Shown here one piece after another: positions 63,850 to 64,000 of a DNA stretch of 64,000 bases (position 1 is the first letter of the stretch; each line of letters starts with the position of its first letter). Source of the DNA: Camelus ferus (taxonomy: Eukaryota); assembly GCF_009834535.1 (NCBI RefSeq), contig NC_045696.1, positions 72,790,001 through 72,854,000 on the forward strand, given 5' to 3'. The position numbers and the translations under genes were made by a program. The notes beneath the pieces are model-generated. The model saw only the letters and a program-made list of their open reading frames with translations. It ran no database searches and was not told the DNA's origin.

Positions 63850-64000
63850 CCCATTCGTTCTCAGTTTTTTTTTTTAATCTATAAAACTACACTCTACACT
63901 GATGACAGGGTGATTTTTGTTTTTAACATGGAAAGCTAATCATGCCAACTTCTGCTCGATCATCTACAAGAGTTTCTCATCACCTACTGTAGCAAACACT
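63850..64000 (+). mobile_element. L2 fragment running off the window end
   Basis: 'cagggtgattttt...taatcatgccaacttctgctc...gtttctcatcacct' L2-like pattern. Confidence 0.45.

Noticed and set aside
1..64000. CRISPR arrays, operons, rRNA or other prokaryote-type systems
   Set aside because: Sequence is mammalian; no spaced direct-repeat arrays, long ORFs or rRNA similarity seen

Overview
AT-rich, CpG-depleted mammalian genomic DNA, not prokaryotic. Three tRNA-Ala-derived SINEs of the vic-1 type point to a camelid (camel/alpaca/llama), which is an inference. The window reads as intergenic or deep-intronic. It is dominated by old and lineage-specific interspersed repeats (L2, MIR, L1M/L1, MLT1/MLT2/LTR33/MER21-type LTRs, hAT-Charlie/MER5 DNA-transposon relics) and microsatellites. 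I cannot recognise any protein-coding gene. The only ORF-track entry with clear homology is a decayed L1 ORF2 C-terminus (41221-41415). The points most worth following up are: a perfect 41-bp inverted duplication (49167-49207 / 49847-49887); a very short CpG-rich promoter-like element with an NRF1 palindrome inside a G-quadruplex-compatible motif (~32330-32500); several exon-like segments with good splice signals, two of them phase-compatible on the minus strand; a recursive-splice-like AG|GTAAGT site; and a Charlie transposase fossil. I see no convincing novel multi-gene system. Repeat family names come from recalled consensus motifs, boundaries are approximate, and both need RepeatMasker/Dfam confirmation.
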